From an uncultured virus (IMG/VR IMGVR_UViG_3300042366_001473) (taxonomy: Duplodnaviria > Heunggongvirae > Uroviricota > Caudoviricetes), in IMG/VR virus record IMGVR_UViG_3300042366_001473: a stretch of 64,000 nt of DNA; one strand, written 5' to 3'. The notes under the pieces are model-generated. The model worked only from the letters and a program-made list of their open reading frames with translations, had not been told where the DNA came from and searched no databases. This document shows, piece by piece, positions 49,587-58,804 of this stretch. A program made the position numbers and the translations under genes. The number at the start of each line of letters is the position of its first letter. Within the stretch, counting starts at the first letter, position 1.

Positions 49587-50571
49587 AATTCGTTTCATTT
49601 ATCAACAAGGCAACCATCCTTGTTTTATAAGCGGGGATATTCAGCGTATTGTAGAGCCATGGTACAACATAGAAGTTTATGATGCTGCCAAGACCTACAA
49701 TCCATGTGACACAGTGATATTGATCACACATGTTGAAGAAGTTGAAACACGCAACTCAACAGGATGGTTTACACCGTTTGAACAAGCAGGCTTTCGTGTA
49801 GTAGTAGATCATTTATGGGACAGCGATGTTGACACACCTAGCACTGTAAAAAACGGTAGACTGATTTTGCGAAACGGTAACTGGGTTTGGTATCGAGAGT
49901 GCATACGTTTTATGGAGCAAGGCTATCATAACTATGTTCCGCAGCGAAACTATACGCATGCATTTTTTATGCCTATGCACAAAACACGCTGGCACAGAGA
50001 TCAAGCACAGGAAAAACTGCGACCAGTATTGGATCAGGCCCTGTGGAGCTATGTTGAAAAAGACATATTTGTGCCCGGTGACAAAGATCATACTATCGAC
50101 AATAGTATTTTTTGGGAATTTTATATCAACCCCATGTGGTACAACTCTACATTTTTCAGCGTGGTTGTAGAAAGCTACATGAGGTCAGACCCCTGGATTG
50201 CCTGTCCAACGGTTCCCAACTACCGCACAGAGGTCAGTGAAAAACTTTTTAAGCCAGGCATGTTTTATCATCCTATGGTTGTATACGGCAGTCTTGGCAC
50301 ACTTGAATACTTGCGCAGAGAAGGATTTGAGACCTTTGACAATCTTTGGGACGAAAGCTACGACTTAGTTGAATCAGACCAAGGCAGACACAATGTTGTA
50401 ACTGAGTTGATACTAGATAATGTTGCCAGGTTCCGCAGTGGCAATATTGGTATTGATTCGTACACTGAACAAAAATTACAGCATAATCATGCTAGATTCT
50501 TTGATCGCGATCAAGTTTTACAACGCTTTGAAAAAGAAATCATTGGAGATTTGCAAAAGTTTCTAGGATGA
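49579..50571 (+). CDS. GT10-like 'TEK' family protein
   Basis: Start MSKIRF (ATG 49579); SVVVES...SEKLFKP...HPMVVYG...GFETF...WDESYD. Confidence 0.55.
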   Translation: MSKIRFIYQQGNHPCFISGDIQRIVEPWYNIEVYDAAKTYNPCDTVILITHVEEVETRNSTGWFTPFEQAGFRVVVDHLWDSDVDTPSTVKNGRLILRNGNWVWYRECIRFMEQGYHNYVPQRNYTHAFFMPMHKTRWHRDQAQEKLRPVLDQALWSYVEKDIFVPGDKDHTIDNSIFWEFYINPMWYNSTFFSVVVESYMRSDPWIACPTVPNYRTEVSEKLFKPGMFYHPMVVYGSLGTLEYLRREGFETFDNLWDESYDLVESDQGRHNVVTELILDNVARFRSGNIGIDSYTEQKLQHNHARFFDRDQVLQRFEKEIIGDLQKFLG

Positions 50572-51173
50572 AAAAAAGAGTTTACATTTGCGGCGATAGT
50601 TTCTGTGTCAGTGATCCTGAATACGGTCCGTGCTGGGTAGATTATTTGGCTCAGCAGCACTCAGTGACAAACTTGGCCTGTGTGTCTGCAACAAATTTAA
50701 TGATATCCATGCAAGTTGATCAGGCCATTGCAGAATCTGCAGATTATATAATAGTTCAGGGCACTGCATGCACACGCAGTCAAACAAGACACAACGGTGC
50801 AGTAGTACCTTTTAGTTATCACACAGCCAATCAAACAACCACACCTTTTGATTCAACTCAATTGAAAATTCTCAAACAATACTACACAGAATTTTTTGAT
50901 CTCGAGTTAGCTGTGTATGAGAACAAGTGCATAATCGAGAATACTCTTCATAAGTTAGTACAGAGCAGTATTCCATTTTTATTCGACCAAGGCGGCTTTG
51001 AACATTCTAGTTTTGGTAGTACAAATATATACTTTGAACAGTTTGACCAGTATCGTAGCAAAATAAATCTTTGGGATTATGCTAGAACTAGAAGCTATCG
51101 CCCTTATTACCACATAGTTGATAGCGATGTACACAAACATGTGGCTGAATATTATACGAAAGCAACTGAATGA
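50568..51173 (+). CDS. SGNH/GDSL-like protein
   Basis: YICGDSF block I and C-terminal YHIVDSDVH. Confidence 0.6.
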   Translation: MKKRVYICGDSFCVSDPEYGPCWVDYLAQQHSVTNLACVSATNLMISMQVDQAIAESADYIIVQGTACTRSQTRHNGAVVPFSYHTANQTTTPFDSTQLKILKQYYTEFFDLELAVYENKCIIENTLHKLVQSSIPFLFDQGGFEHSSFGSTNIYFEQFDQYRSKINLWDYARTRSYRPYYHIVDSDVHKHVAEYYTKATE

Positions 51174-52135
51174 AAAAAGTATTGGTCTGTGGTGCAGGCG
51201 GATTTATTGGTGCACACTTGGTTCGGAGTTTGAGAGCACAAGGACACTATGTTGTAGGCGCTGACCTACATCGTCCAGAGTTTAGTCAAACTGATGCCAA
51301 TGAATTCCATATTGTGGATCTTCGCAACCAACGCCAAGTCACAAGATTGATTACACGGGACATAGATGAAATATATCAGTTGGCAGCAGACATGGGCGGC
51401 GCAGGATATATCTTTACTGGCAACAATGACGCTGAGATCATGCACAACTCGGCAATTATTAATTTGAATATCTTGCACGAAATGGTGTTTAAGAAGATTA
51501 AAAAAATATTTTACAGTTCCAGTGCATGCATTTATCCTGCTTACAATCAACAAGATCCTGACAATCCTGTAATGAGCGAGGCCAGCGCATATCCGGCAGA
51601 ACCTGATTCTGAATACGGCTGGGAAAAATTGTTCAGTGAACGTTTGTATGCAACCTTTGCTCGTAACCACAGTATCGATGTTCGAATTGCCAGGCTGCAC
51701 AATGTATTTGGTGCTGAATCCGCTTGGACCGGGGGTAGAGAAAAATCCCCTGCTGCGCTGTGTCGCAAAGTTCTACAATGCGAAGATCAAGGCATTGTTG
51801 ACGTTTGGGGTCCAGGTACACAAACACGCAGTTTTCTTTACATTGACGAGTGTATAGAAGGTATTCATCGATTAATGGACAGCAATTACACACAACCTAT
51901 CAACATTGGTAGTCAACGAATGATCACTATTAACCAGCTGGTATTTTTGATTAGCAAGTTGGCCAACAAGTCTGTGAGCATACGCAACATCGACGGTCCT
52001 CTTGGAGTTATGGGCCGTACCAGTGATAATACTTTGGTGCAACAAGTGTTAGGGTGGGAGCCACCAGATAATTTAGAACACGGGTTAGAACAGTTATATA
52101 CTTGGATATGCCAACAAATTTATGAAAAAACCTGA
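51170..52135 (+). CDS. NAD-dependent nucleotide-sugar epimerase, GDP-mannose 3,5-epimerase-like
   Basis: GAGGFIG, LAADMGG, SSACIYP (Cys), YGWEK and GGREKSPAALCRK match GME-family motifs. Confidence 0.85.
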   Translation: MKKVLVCGAGGFIGAHLVRSLRAQGHYVVGADLHRPEFSQTDANEFHIVDLRNQRQVTRLITRDIDEIYQLAADMGGAGYIFTGNNDAEIMHNSAIINLNILHEMVFKKIKKIFYSSSACIYPAYNQQDPDNPVMSEASAYPAEPDSEYGWEKLFSERLYATFARNHSIDVRIARLHNVFGAESAWTGGREKSPAALCRKVLQCEDQGIVDVWGPGTQTRSFLYIDECIEGIHRLMDSNYTQPINIGSQRMITINQLVFLISKLANKSVSIRNIDGPLGVMGRTSDNTLVQQVLGWEPPDNLEHGLEQLYTWICQQIYEKT

Positions 52136-53414
52136 TACTCTTTGTCTTGCACCTTGGACTCACACATATCTTAGCCCGCAAACTGAACGACGATTGTGTT
52201 GCGCTAGTCGTGAACCTGCACAGAACTTTGAACAATATATAGATACTAGTTCAGGCACAGGTCAGTATATTCCTGCCACACTGGAGCAACACTGGAACAG
52301 CGAACACATGCGGAGTGTACGTCGACGAATGATGGCCGGCGAAACATTACCCGAGTGCGATGTTTGTAATTCAAAATTGTTAAACACCAGCGTGTACAGA
52401 GACTACTTTGGTCATCTGTTTGGGCACAAAATATCAGAAGTATATGCCACAACTGATGCCAGTGGAGCCACCACAATGCAACCTGTTAGCTGGGATTATA
52501 GGTTCAGTAACCTATGTAACTTTAAGTGTAGAACTTGCGGAGACATGTTGTCGTCATCCTGGGAAACAGAACAAAAAACTCACAACATGGTTGATTGGGC
52601 AAATTCTAAAAACAACTGGATGACTCCCAGTGTACGACAACAAATCTCGCAGTTTCAAGATCAGCAGATTGAACAAGAATTCAGTGATGCTGTAGAGCAA
52701 CACCGAGTAGAAGAAATATACTGGGTTGGCGGCGAACCTCTAATGTATGAACAGCATTGGCGCTACATGAAAAGAATTGTGGAACTAGGGGATGGAAAAA
52801 ATGTTTACGCTAGATACAACACTAACCTTAGCAGAATTGATTATCGCGGGTGCAATCTTTACAGCGATATTTTGGATCATATACAAGATTGGCAAATTTG
52901 CGCAAGCATTGACGGCACTGGAGCAATTGGTGAATACATTAGAACAGGCCTCGACTACAATATTTTCTGCAGAAACTTCGAAGCAGGACGCCAACATCAA
53001 CAAAACCGTAGACAAATGAGACTGGACTTTACACTTACTCTACCAGGTATGTTTGAAGTAGATGCCATACAGGCATTGGCACAGCAGTATGATGTAGAAT
53101 TGTTGAGCAAGGTAATGTTCAGCTTTTCTCCAGACATTGTGATGAGTCCTTTGGCCTTGCCACGACATTTGCTGGACCCTTGGTTGGATGAATTGATTGC
53201 AAAATGCACAGCAACCAGCATGAGAGATGTGCTAACGCAGTTAAAATCAAGACCTACTTTTGAACAACAATGGCCTGACACTTATCAGTCTGCTCTTGCT
53301 CAAGGCAAGGCTCGTGTGTTAAAATTAGAAAGTATTCGCACAGCGCCCACAGACATGGCCACAATATTGAGTGCGAGACCTGAAATAAAGAAATGGTGGG
53401 ATCAAATTGCTTGA
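52122..53414 (+). CDS. Radical SAM protein with N-terminal twitch domain
   Basis: LCLAPW...RLCC...CDVC; CNFKCRTC; VGGEP. Confidence 0.9.
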   Translation: MKKPDTLCLAPWTHTYLSPQTERRLCCASREPAQNFEQYIDTSSGTGQYIPATLEQHWNSEHMRSVRRRMMAGETLPECDVCNSKLLNTSVYRDYFGHLFGHKISEVYATTDASGATTMQPVSWDYRFSNLCNFKCRTCGDMLSSSWETEQKTHNMVDWANSKNNWMTPSVRQQISQFQDQQIEQEFSDAVEQHRVEEIYWVGGEPLMYEQHWRYMKRIVELGDGKNVYARYNTNLSRIDYRGCNLYSDILDHIQDWQICASIDGTGAIGEYIRTGLDYNIFCRNFEAGRQHQQNRRQMRLDFTLTLPGMFEVDAIQALAQQYDVELLSKVMFSFSPDIVMSPLALPRHLLDPWLDELIAKCTATSMRDVLTQLKSRPTFEQQWPDTYQSALAQGKARVLKLESIRTAPTDMATILSARPEIKKWWDQIA

Positions 53415-54450
53415 CCAAATCACAATAACATTACGCAGCTCACGCACCGGCAGCACTTTGCCAGTGTATATTGATGTTCCTGACACCAGTCTTGGACGTA
53501 AATGGCACGCCGCCTTGCAGCATCTAGTGCAGAATCAATATCATTTGGAAAAGAACTACTGTTGGCTGGGGTGGACTGAGAGCGAACGCACAGCTGAATA
53601 CATTTGTGGAGAGATCAATCGCAGCATCACAGCCGTGAATCAAGCCAACCTAGGCTATCACATTGTGTGCCCTGATTACAATGTGGAATCAGTGATACAG
53701 TCAGACCTAGACATCAATCATGAACGCATGAATTGGTTGCACCGCTACTTTGAAGATCTACAAGGTGTGTCAGGAGCCATGAGTCCGTACTATACCGCAG
53801 CAGATGATGTTACTCGCTGGCACATTCGACAACTAAATCTCTTGTGTCATGAACTGGAAAGCCTGGTGCTCAGCATGCGTAAAGTGATTCAAGCACCTGA
53901 GTGGCGTCGTCCCAGTCAATTGATGTGTTGGCTGCGAGCACCCCGATTTGAATTAGGGCCCGAAGACTACGAACTGTTTGGCATTGAAACAATTAATCGA
54001 CAGTTAGGCGGAGTGTATGTGGGAGTCAACAAAGCTGTGGGCAAAGCACATTGGGAAGTGTTCAACGACGAAGGTCGAGATTCGCGGCTCAGCGAGTTGA
54101 CCACAACTTCACTGCGAGCACAAACACAAGCCGCTGGGGACTTTGATATTGAATGGGCACGTGATCCGGGTGCGTACTATTGGCAACAAAAACAACTGGC
54201 AGAGTTCAGAACCTGGCTAACACAAAACGGATTTGACCCCGAAGACAAAAGTTTGACCATAGGGCATCCCAAAGTGGCTCAGGTCAATTTGATCAAGAGT
54301 TTTGGTACCACAGACTATGAACAAATTTGGGCACAGCTGGCTCAACACCTGGATGTGTATAAAATTCAAATTGGCAATATTTCAGCTACATACACATACA
54401 ACTGGAGCGATCCAGACTATGCTGAACAGCAAATAAAGGAATTGAAATGA
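53407..54450 (+). CDS. Hypothetical protein
   Basis: 347-aa ORF (TTG start) overlapping both neighbours. No motif recognised. Confidence 0.75.
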   Translation: MLDQITITLRSSRTGSTLPVYIDVPDTSLGRKWHAALQHLVQNQYHLEKNYCWLGWTESERTAEYICGEINRSITAVNQANLGYHIVCPDYNVESVIQSDLDINHERMNWLHRYFEDLQGVSGAMSPYYTAADDVTRWHIRQLNLLCHELESLVLSMRKVIQAPEWRRPSQLMCWLRAPRFELGPEDYELFGIETINRQLGGVYVGVNKAVGKAHWEVFNDEGRDSRLSELTTTSLRAQTQAAGDFDIEWARDPGAYYWQQKQLAEFRTWLTQNGFDPEDKSLTIGHPKVAQVNLIKSFGTTDYEQIWAQLAQHLDVYKIQIGNISATYTYNWSDPDYAEQQIKELK

Positions 54451-54548
54451 ACTGGATCAAGAGATTATGGGCACGAATCACCCTGGAAATTCGTTATCGT
54501 AAAAAGCTCAAAGAGCTCCGCAAACGAGATCCATTTATCTACAAATGA
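54447..54548 (+). CDS. 33-aa basic peptide ending DPFIYK (not in ORF track)
   Basis: MNWIKRLWARITLEIRYRKKLKELRKRDPFIYK, with an AAGGA RBS and ATGA overlaps at both ends. Confidence 0.8.
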   Translation: MNWIKRLWARITLEIRYRKKLKELRKRDPFIYK

Positions 54549-56032
54549 ACATACTGGGAATAGCAGCCGGCTTTCATGATGCAGCAGCCACAGTAATATC
54601 TCCGCAGGGCGATATTCTTTTTGCTGGCCACAGTGAACGCTACAGCAAGAAAAAAAATGACGAAAATCTGTGTCTTGAATTGATTCAAGACGCAATAGCA
54701 CATGGCGGTGCCATTGATCATGTTGCATACTATGAACGACCGTGGCTAAAACAATTGAGACAACTGTATTCAGGCCAGGGCATAGAATGGAACAAATTGA
54801 GTGCTCGGCAAATCATCAATGATCAACTTGACCACAAAATTCAACTGCCGGCACACATCAGCACGCACAATCATCATCAAAGCCATGCAGCCGGAGGTTT
54901 TCAAACCAGCCCGTTTGATCGTGCCACTGTAGTTGTAATAGATGCTATTGGTGAATTTGATACTGTAACAATATGGGCAGCTGAATATGATCGAAACAAT
55001 CAAGCAACTTATCGCAAACTTTGGAGTCAACGGTACCCGCATTCAATTGGACTCTTCTACTCTGCAGCTACTGGCCGCGTTGGCCTACGCCCACTAGACG
55101 AAGAATACATACTAATGGGCATGGCCGCTTATGGCGAACGTGGCTTTGGTGAACTTATGAAGCAGGATCTTGTGGAGGATGCCTGGAAAGTTCGTTTTCG
55201 TGATAACTTGCACACAGGACTAACTCACAAATATCTCAGTCACATAGGCGATGTAGATATTGCAGCAGGTGCCCAGGATCTTGTGGAGGACCTAATCATG
55301 AATGTGATGGCTCGTGCCAAAGGATTTGGGTGGAGTCGCAATCTTGTGTACGCAGGTGGAGTTGCGCTAAACTGTAGTGCCAACAGGAGGCTAGGTGAAC
55401 TATTTGACAACATTTGGATTATGCCTTGTCCCGGTGATGCCGGCAGCAGTCTGGGTGCTGCCGCATTGGCTCATGGCGGTAGGATCAATTGGCACAATGC
55501 TTTTCTGGGTCACAATATTGGCGGTGCCTACCCTGTGAATGAGATTCTAGACGAGCTTGTGTCCTCTCGCATCGTTGGTGTTGCCAGCGGCCGTGCTGAG
55601 TTTGGTCCACGAGCACTAGGAAATCGTAGTTTGTTGGCCGATCCTCGCGGCCCTGATATAAAGAATCAAGTAAATGGAATCAAACGTAGACAACAATTTA
55701 GACCCTTTGCGCCGGTTATTTTGGAGGAACTGGCTGATATGTACTTTGATATGCCTCGTGGCTTCGGTAACAGTAGGTATATGCAAGTCATCGCTCGTTG
55801 CAGGCATCCTGACCTATTTCCTGCTATCATTCATGCTGACGGCACTAGTCGTGTACAGACTGTACCCAATGACGGATCCGGTATAAGACAGCTACTGGAA
55901 AAGTGGTATGTAATGACTGGGTGTCCGATGTTGTTAAACACTAGCCTTAACATACGTGGGGAACCTATGGTCAACGATCGCAAAGACGCAGACAGATTTG
56001 AAACGTTGTATGGTGTAAAGGTTTGCAGCTAA
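54545..56032 (+). CDS. Carbamoyltransferase (NodU/CmcH/TobZ family)
   Basis: GFHDAAA, HHQSHAA, DAIGE, GGVALNC, PGDAGSS, EFGPRALGNRS, FRPFAP and LNTSLN. Confidence 0.95.
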   Translation: MNILGIAAGFHDAAATVISPQGDILFAGHSERYSKKKNDENLCLELIQDAIAHGGAIDHVAYYERPWLKQLRQLYSGQGIEWNKLSARQIINDQLDHKIQLPAHISTHNHHQSHAAGGFQTSPFDRATVVVIDAIGEFDTVTIWAAEYDRNNQATYRKLWSQRYPHSIGLFYSAATGRVGLRPLDEEYILMGMAAYGERGFGELMKQDLVEDAWKVRFRDNLHTGLTHKYLSHIGDVDIAAGAQDLVEDLIMNVMARAKGFGWSRNLVYAGGVALNCSANRRLGELFDNIWIMPCPGDAGSSLGAAALAHGGRINWHNAFLGHNIGGAYPVNEILDELVSSRIVGVASGRAEFGPRALGNRSLLADPRGPDIKNQVNGIKRRQQFRPFAPVILEELADMYFDMPRGFGNSRYMQVIARCRHPDLFPAIIHADGTSRVQTVPNDGSGIRQLLEKWYVMTGCPMLLNTSLNIRGEPMVNDRKDADRFETLYGVKVCS

Positions 56033-56607
56033 TGTTGATTCAATCAGTTGATTCTTGTGGCTATTTGTACTCTGTTGCAGAGGTATTTCCTAGCAATATT
56101 TTGTCACAGATAATATCATGTTCCTGGAACACAATGTCATATCAACGATTGGAGATAGGAAGAAGCAAGCGCAAGATGTTTTGCGGACCTGACCTACCGT
56201 TTTTCTTCGATGTGGAAGATTATGCACGCAAAACTCTACGTCCACAAATTGAACAAGCATGTGGAGTAAGGTTTGTAGATGAAAAGTACTGGAGTCTGAG
56301 CTGGTGGATAGACGAACCCGGCTTTAGACCTGGTATGCACTGTGATGGTACACTGCCATCGGCTATGCAAATATACCTTTTGCCCAACAATGATACCACG
56401 ATAGGTACAACATTTTTCAACACCAATTCAGACAGTGATGTTGTGCATCGATTCCCCAGTGTTACAAACACCGGATACCTGATGTTTAATTCTCACACAT
56501 GTGGCGGTGTTAAAAAATTATTATGGCACGATATGGAACGTGAGGTTCCTGAATCAGTGCAACGAATTTGTTGTTACATTACCTTGGGCGAATATACCAA
56601 GTTATAA
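56032..56607 (+). CDS. 2OG-Fe(II) oxygenase-like protein
   Basis: Start MLIQS (ATG 56032); MHCD (HxD), GTTF, NTGY, WHDM and a terminal Arg (QRIC). Confidence 0.7.
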   Translation: MLIQSVDSCGYLYSVAEVFPSNILSQIISCSWNTMSYQRLEIGRSKRKMFCGPDLPFFFDVEDYARKTLRPQIEQACGVRFVDEKYWSLSWWIDEPGFRPGMHCDGTLPSAMQIYLLPNNDTTIGTTFFNTNSDSDVVHRFPSVTNTGYLMFNSHTCGGVKKLLWHDMEREVPESVQRICCYITLGEYTKL

Positions 56608-57630
56608 GTAATTTTCAAGCCCACCACGTCGTCGAATATCCTGTGTACAGCAACTGATGCCGCCGTCCCAGAAGTAGCTGTGTCGCAATTCTGAGATAAT
56701 GGGATTGATACGATGCTTTTTACAGTAGTCAAACACTTCTTTGTTGTAGGCACTGAAGATCACATTTTGTTCATCTAGCACAAGACAGTTGACATCAAAC
56801 ACTGTTTCGGCCACAAAGCCAGTCCACTTGTTCAAGTAAGTGTCCACAAACTTGGTAAACTCTAGTGTAGGAGTTTGACCTTGTACATACCATGCACCAG
56901 GGCTTTGCTCGTATTTGAACTTGCCCACTTCCATTGCTGCCCAGATTGAACTGTCCCAAATCTTGCACACATCCCATCCTGGGAAATCTCTGCCAAGATC
57001 TAGATTCACGTCGTGTTTGCTGCTGAGAATTACACCAGGTTTAAGAATGGCAAAGACAGCATCACCGTGTCCGTCTGTGACTGCTTCGTGTATGCGATAT
57101 TCGGGACCCAACACATTGTCCACAATCCAACGAGTTTGATCGGGTCGTAGGAAGTCTGAGTTGTCAAAGAACACATCTCGACCCACACGTACAATGCAAC
57201 TAGCACTGGCACCATTGAGAATGCAATCCGAATCCCACCGACTGGTGTGAGGGTTGACCACTTGATCGCCGTACCTACTGCAAATTGTGTCTAGCTCTTC
57301 CATGTTGAGCACACGTAACAATTTGTTGCCCAGCGTAATCTGCCAATCGCGAGGTGTCAATGGCGGCAGCGGAGCACCTCCTCCTTCGGTTTGATGCCAA
57401 ACAAAGTTGTCCTTGCCAGGCAAGTCTGGTCGATGTACAGTGGCACCGTACCGTTCGATGGTGCGGCAAAGATTGTCAAGATCTTCTTCTGTCTCAGCTA
57501 GGATTTGCTGCAACTGATTGCGCACCTGTGGATTGTCAATGAAGTCAAAATAGTCTGGTGTGTAGGCACGGCCCACAATGACTTCTTCTAGTGGTTGCCA
57601 TGATGTGTAGGAATTAACGGTGTTGTTCAT
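56602..57630 (-). CDS. Amidinotransferase (glycine / inosamine-phosphate amidinotransferase family)
   Basis: VNSYTSWQPLEEVIVG, PRD, HGD, FDVN and DGGISCCT, giving an Asp-His-Cys triad pattern. Confidence 0.88.
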   Translation of the reverse strand: MNNTVNSYTSWQPLEEVIVGRAYTPDYFDFIDNPQVRNQLQQILAETEEDLDNLCRTIERYGATVHRPDLPGKDNFVWHQTEGGGAPLPPLTPRDWQITLGNKLLRVLNMEELDTICSRYGDQVVNPHTSRWDSDCILNGASASCIVRVGRDVFFDNSDFLRPDQTRWIVDNVLGPEYRIHEAVTDGHGDAVFAILKPGVILSSKHDVNLDLGRDFPGWDVCKIWDSSIWAAMEVGKFKYEQSPGAWYVQGQTPTLEFTKFVDTYLNKWTGFVAETVFDVNCLVLDEQNVIFSAYNKEVFDYCKKHRINPIISELRHSYFWDGGISCCTQDIRRRGGLENYL

Positions 57631-58804
57631 TTATTTTCTCAAGTAAGCTATTTAGGCGTTGGCTCTTGTTGGCCACAAATAATTGTTGGTTGTGTTCTAT
57701 ATCTTCCCGAGCCGCAGCAAATAACTCAGGCAATCTGGGTTGAGCTGCTGTAATACTTTGTTGTAGTTGTTTCCATCGTTGAGTATGATTGGTTATGGTG
57801 TCATAGCTGTTGTCCAACAAGTGATCAAATGTTCTATAACCCAGATCTCGCAGTACTTGAAGACTGCCTACACCACCTGCTACAAAAAACAACTGACCGT
57901 GTTTGATGGGCTTGAAAGTTTTTTCAGTCACAAACGCACCGCCGCTTTGATCCACGTCAAATTGACTTTCCAACACAATCTGACAATAACTGTCTGCGTA
58001 GTATTTGGGTTCCATTACAGCGTGATTGTTACGATCGCTGTCAGATAGTTCGTCACTGAAATAGGGAGCATCTTTGAGAAATTTTGTGCGATCATGTCTT
58101 AGCCGTGCAATCATATCAACTTCTATTGGGCAGTCAGTGTCGGCCCCTGTGGCTGATTCACAGTAGCTCCAATAGCTGTTATCTAACATGCCGCTGCGAT
58201 GCAAATCTGCCATGACAGTGGCTCGCCACCACTTGTGCAGTCTGCTGAGACATGTAAATTCTTTGGTACGATGATCACTGTGCACTGGCAATGGATCAGT
58301 TTCTATGTTGCGCTGATAATACCATAATTCAAAATCATTGAACACCACAAACCCTGGTATGTGTTCAGCAGCACTGTTGGAACTCACAAACACATAACAG
58401 TCAGGCGGCAATTTCAATTGTGCAGCCAGGGTATCTAGCCGTTGTTTGATACGCCGCGGATTGTCGCCTTCGTGATAGTAAAACAACACCCGAATTTTGC
58501 CGTAGTACACTGCCTGAAATACTGCTGTGGGCAGCAAAGTAAAGTAATCTATGCCAAAATCAAAAAATCCTATTCCCACAGGGTAAAAGGTGTTGTCAGG
58601 ATAAGAGTCGTGTATATTGTATATGTTGATATCAACCCCGTGTTGATTGCAGTATTCCTGCAGTCGTAACGGGATAGTATAGGGAAAATGTTTACCAAAC
58701 TCTCGCCAGGACTGTGTGTATGGTCTTGCCTGATGCTGTGCAAGTGCAGGGTATATTCTGCCCTTGAGCACTTGATCAGCTACAAAGTTAAAGTTCAATT
58801 TCAT
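57614..58804 (-). CDS. GT10-like 'TEK' family protein
   Basis: QIVLES...VTEKTFKPIKHGQLF...GYRTFD...DNSYD. Confidence 0.55.
   Translation of the reverse strand: MKLNFNFVADQVLKGRIYPALAQHQARPYTQSWREFGKHFPYTIPLRLQEYCNQHGVDINIYNIHDSYPDNTFYPVGIGFFDFGIDYFTLLPTAVFQAVYYGKIRVLFYYHEGDNPRRIKQRLDTLAAQLKLPPDCYVFVSSNSAAEHIPGFVVFNDFELWYYQRNIETDPLPVHSDHRTKEFTCLSRLHKWWRATVMADLHRSGMLDNSYWSYCESATGADTDCPIEVDMIARLRHDRTKFLKDAPYFSDELSDSDRNNHAVMEPKYYADSYCQIVLESQFDVDQSGGAFVTEKTFKPIKHGQLFFVAGGVGSLQVLRDLGYRTFDHLLDNSYDTITNHTQRWKQLQQSITAAQPRLPELFAAAREDIEHNQQLFVANKSQRLNSLLEKINEQHR

Noticed and set aside
54447..57630. Saxitoxin or complete aminoglycoside biosynthesis cluster
   Set aside because: It shares enzyme families (SxtG/SxtI-like, StrB1/TobZ-like), but no SxtA-type PKS-like enzyme or cyclitol synthase is visible in the window.
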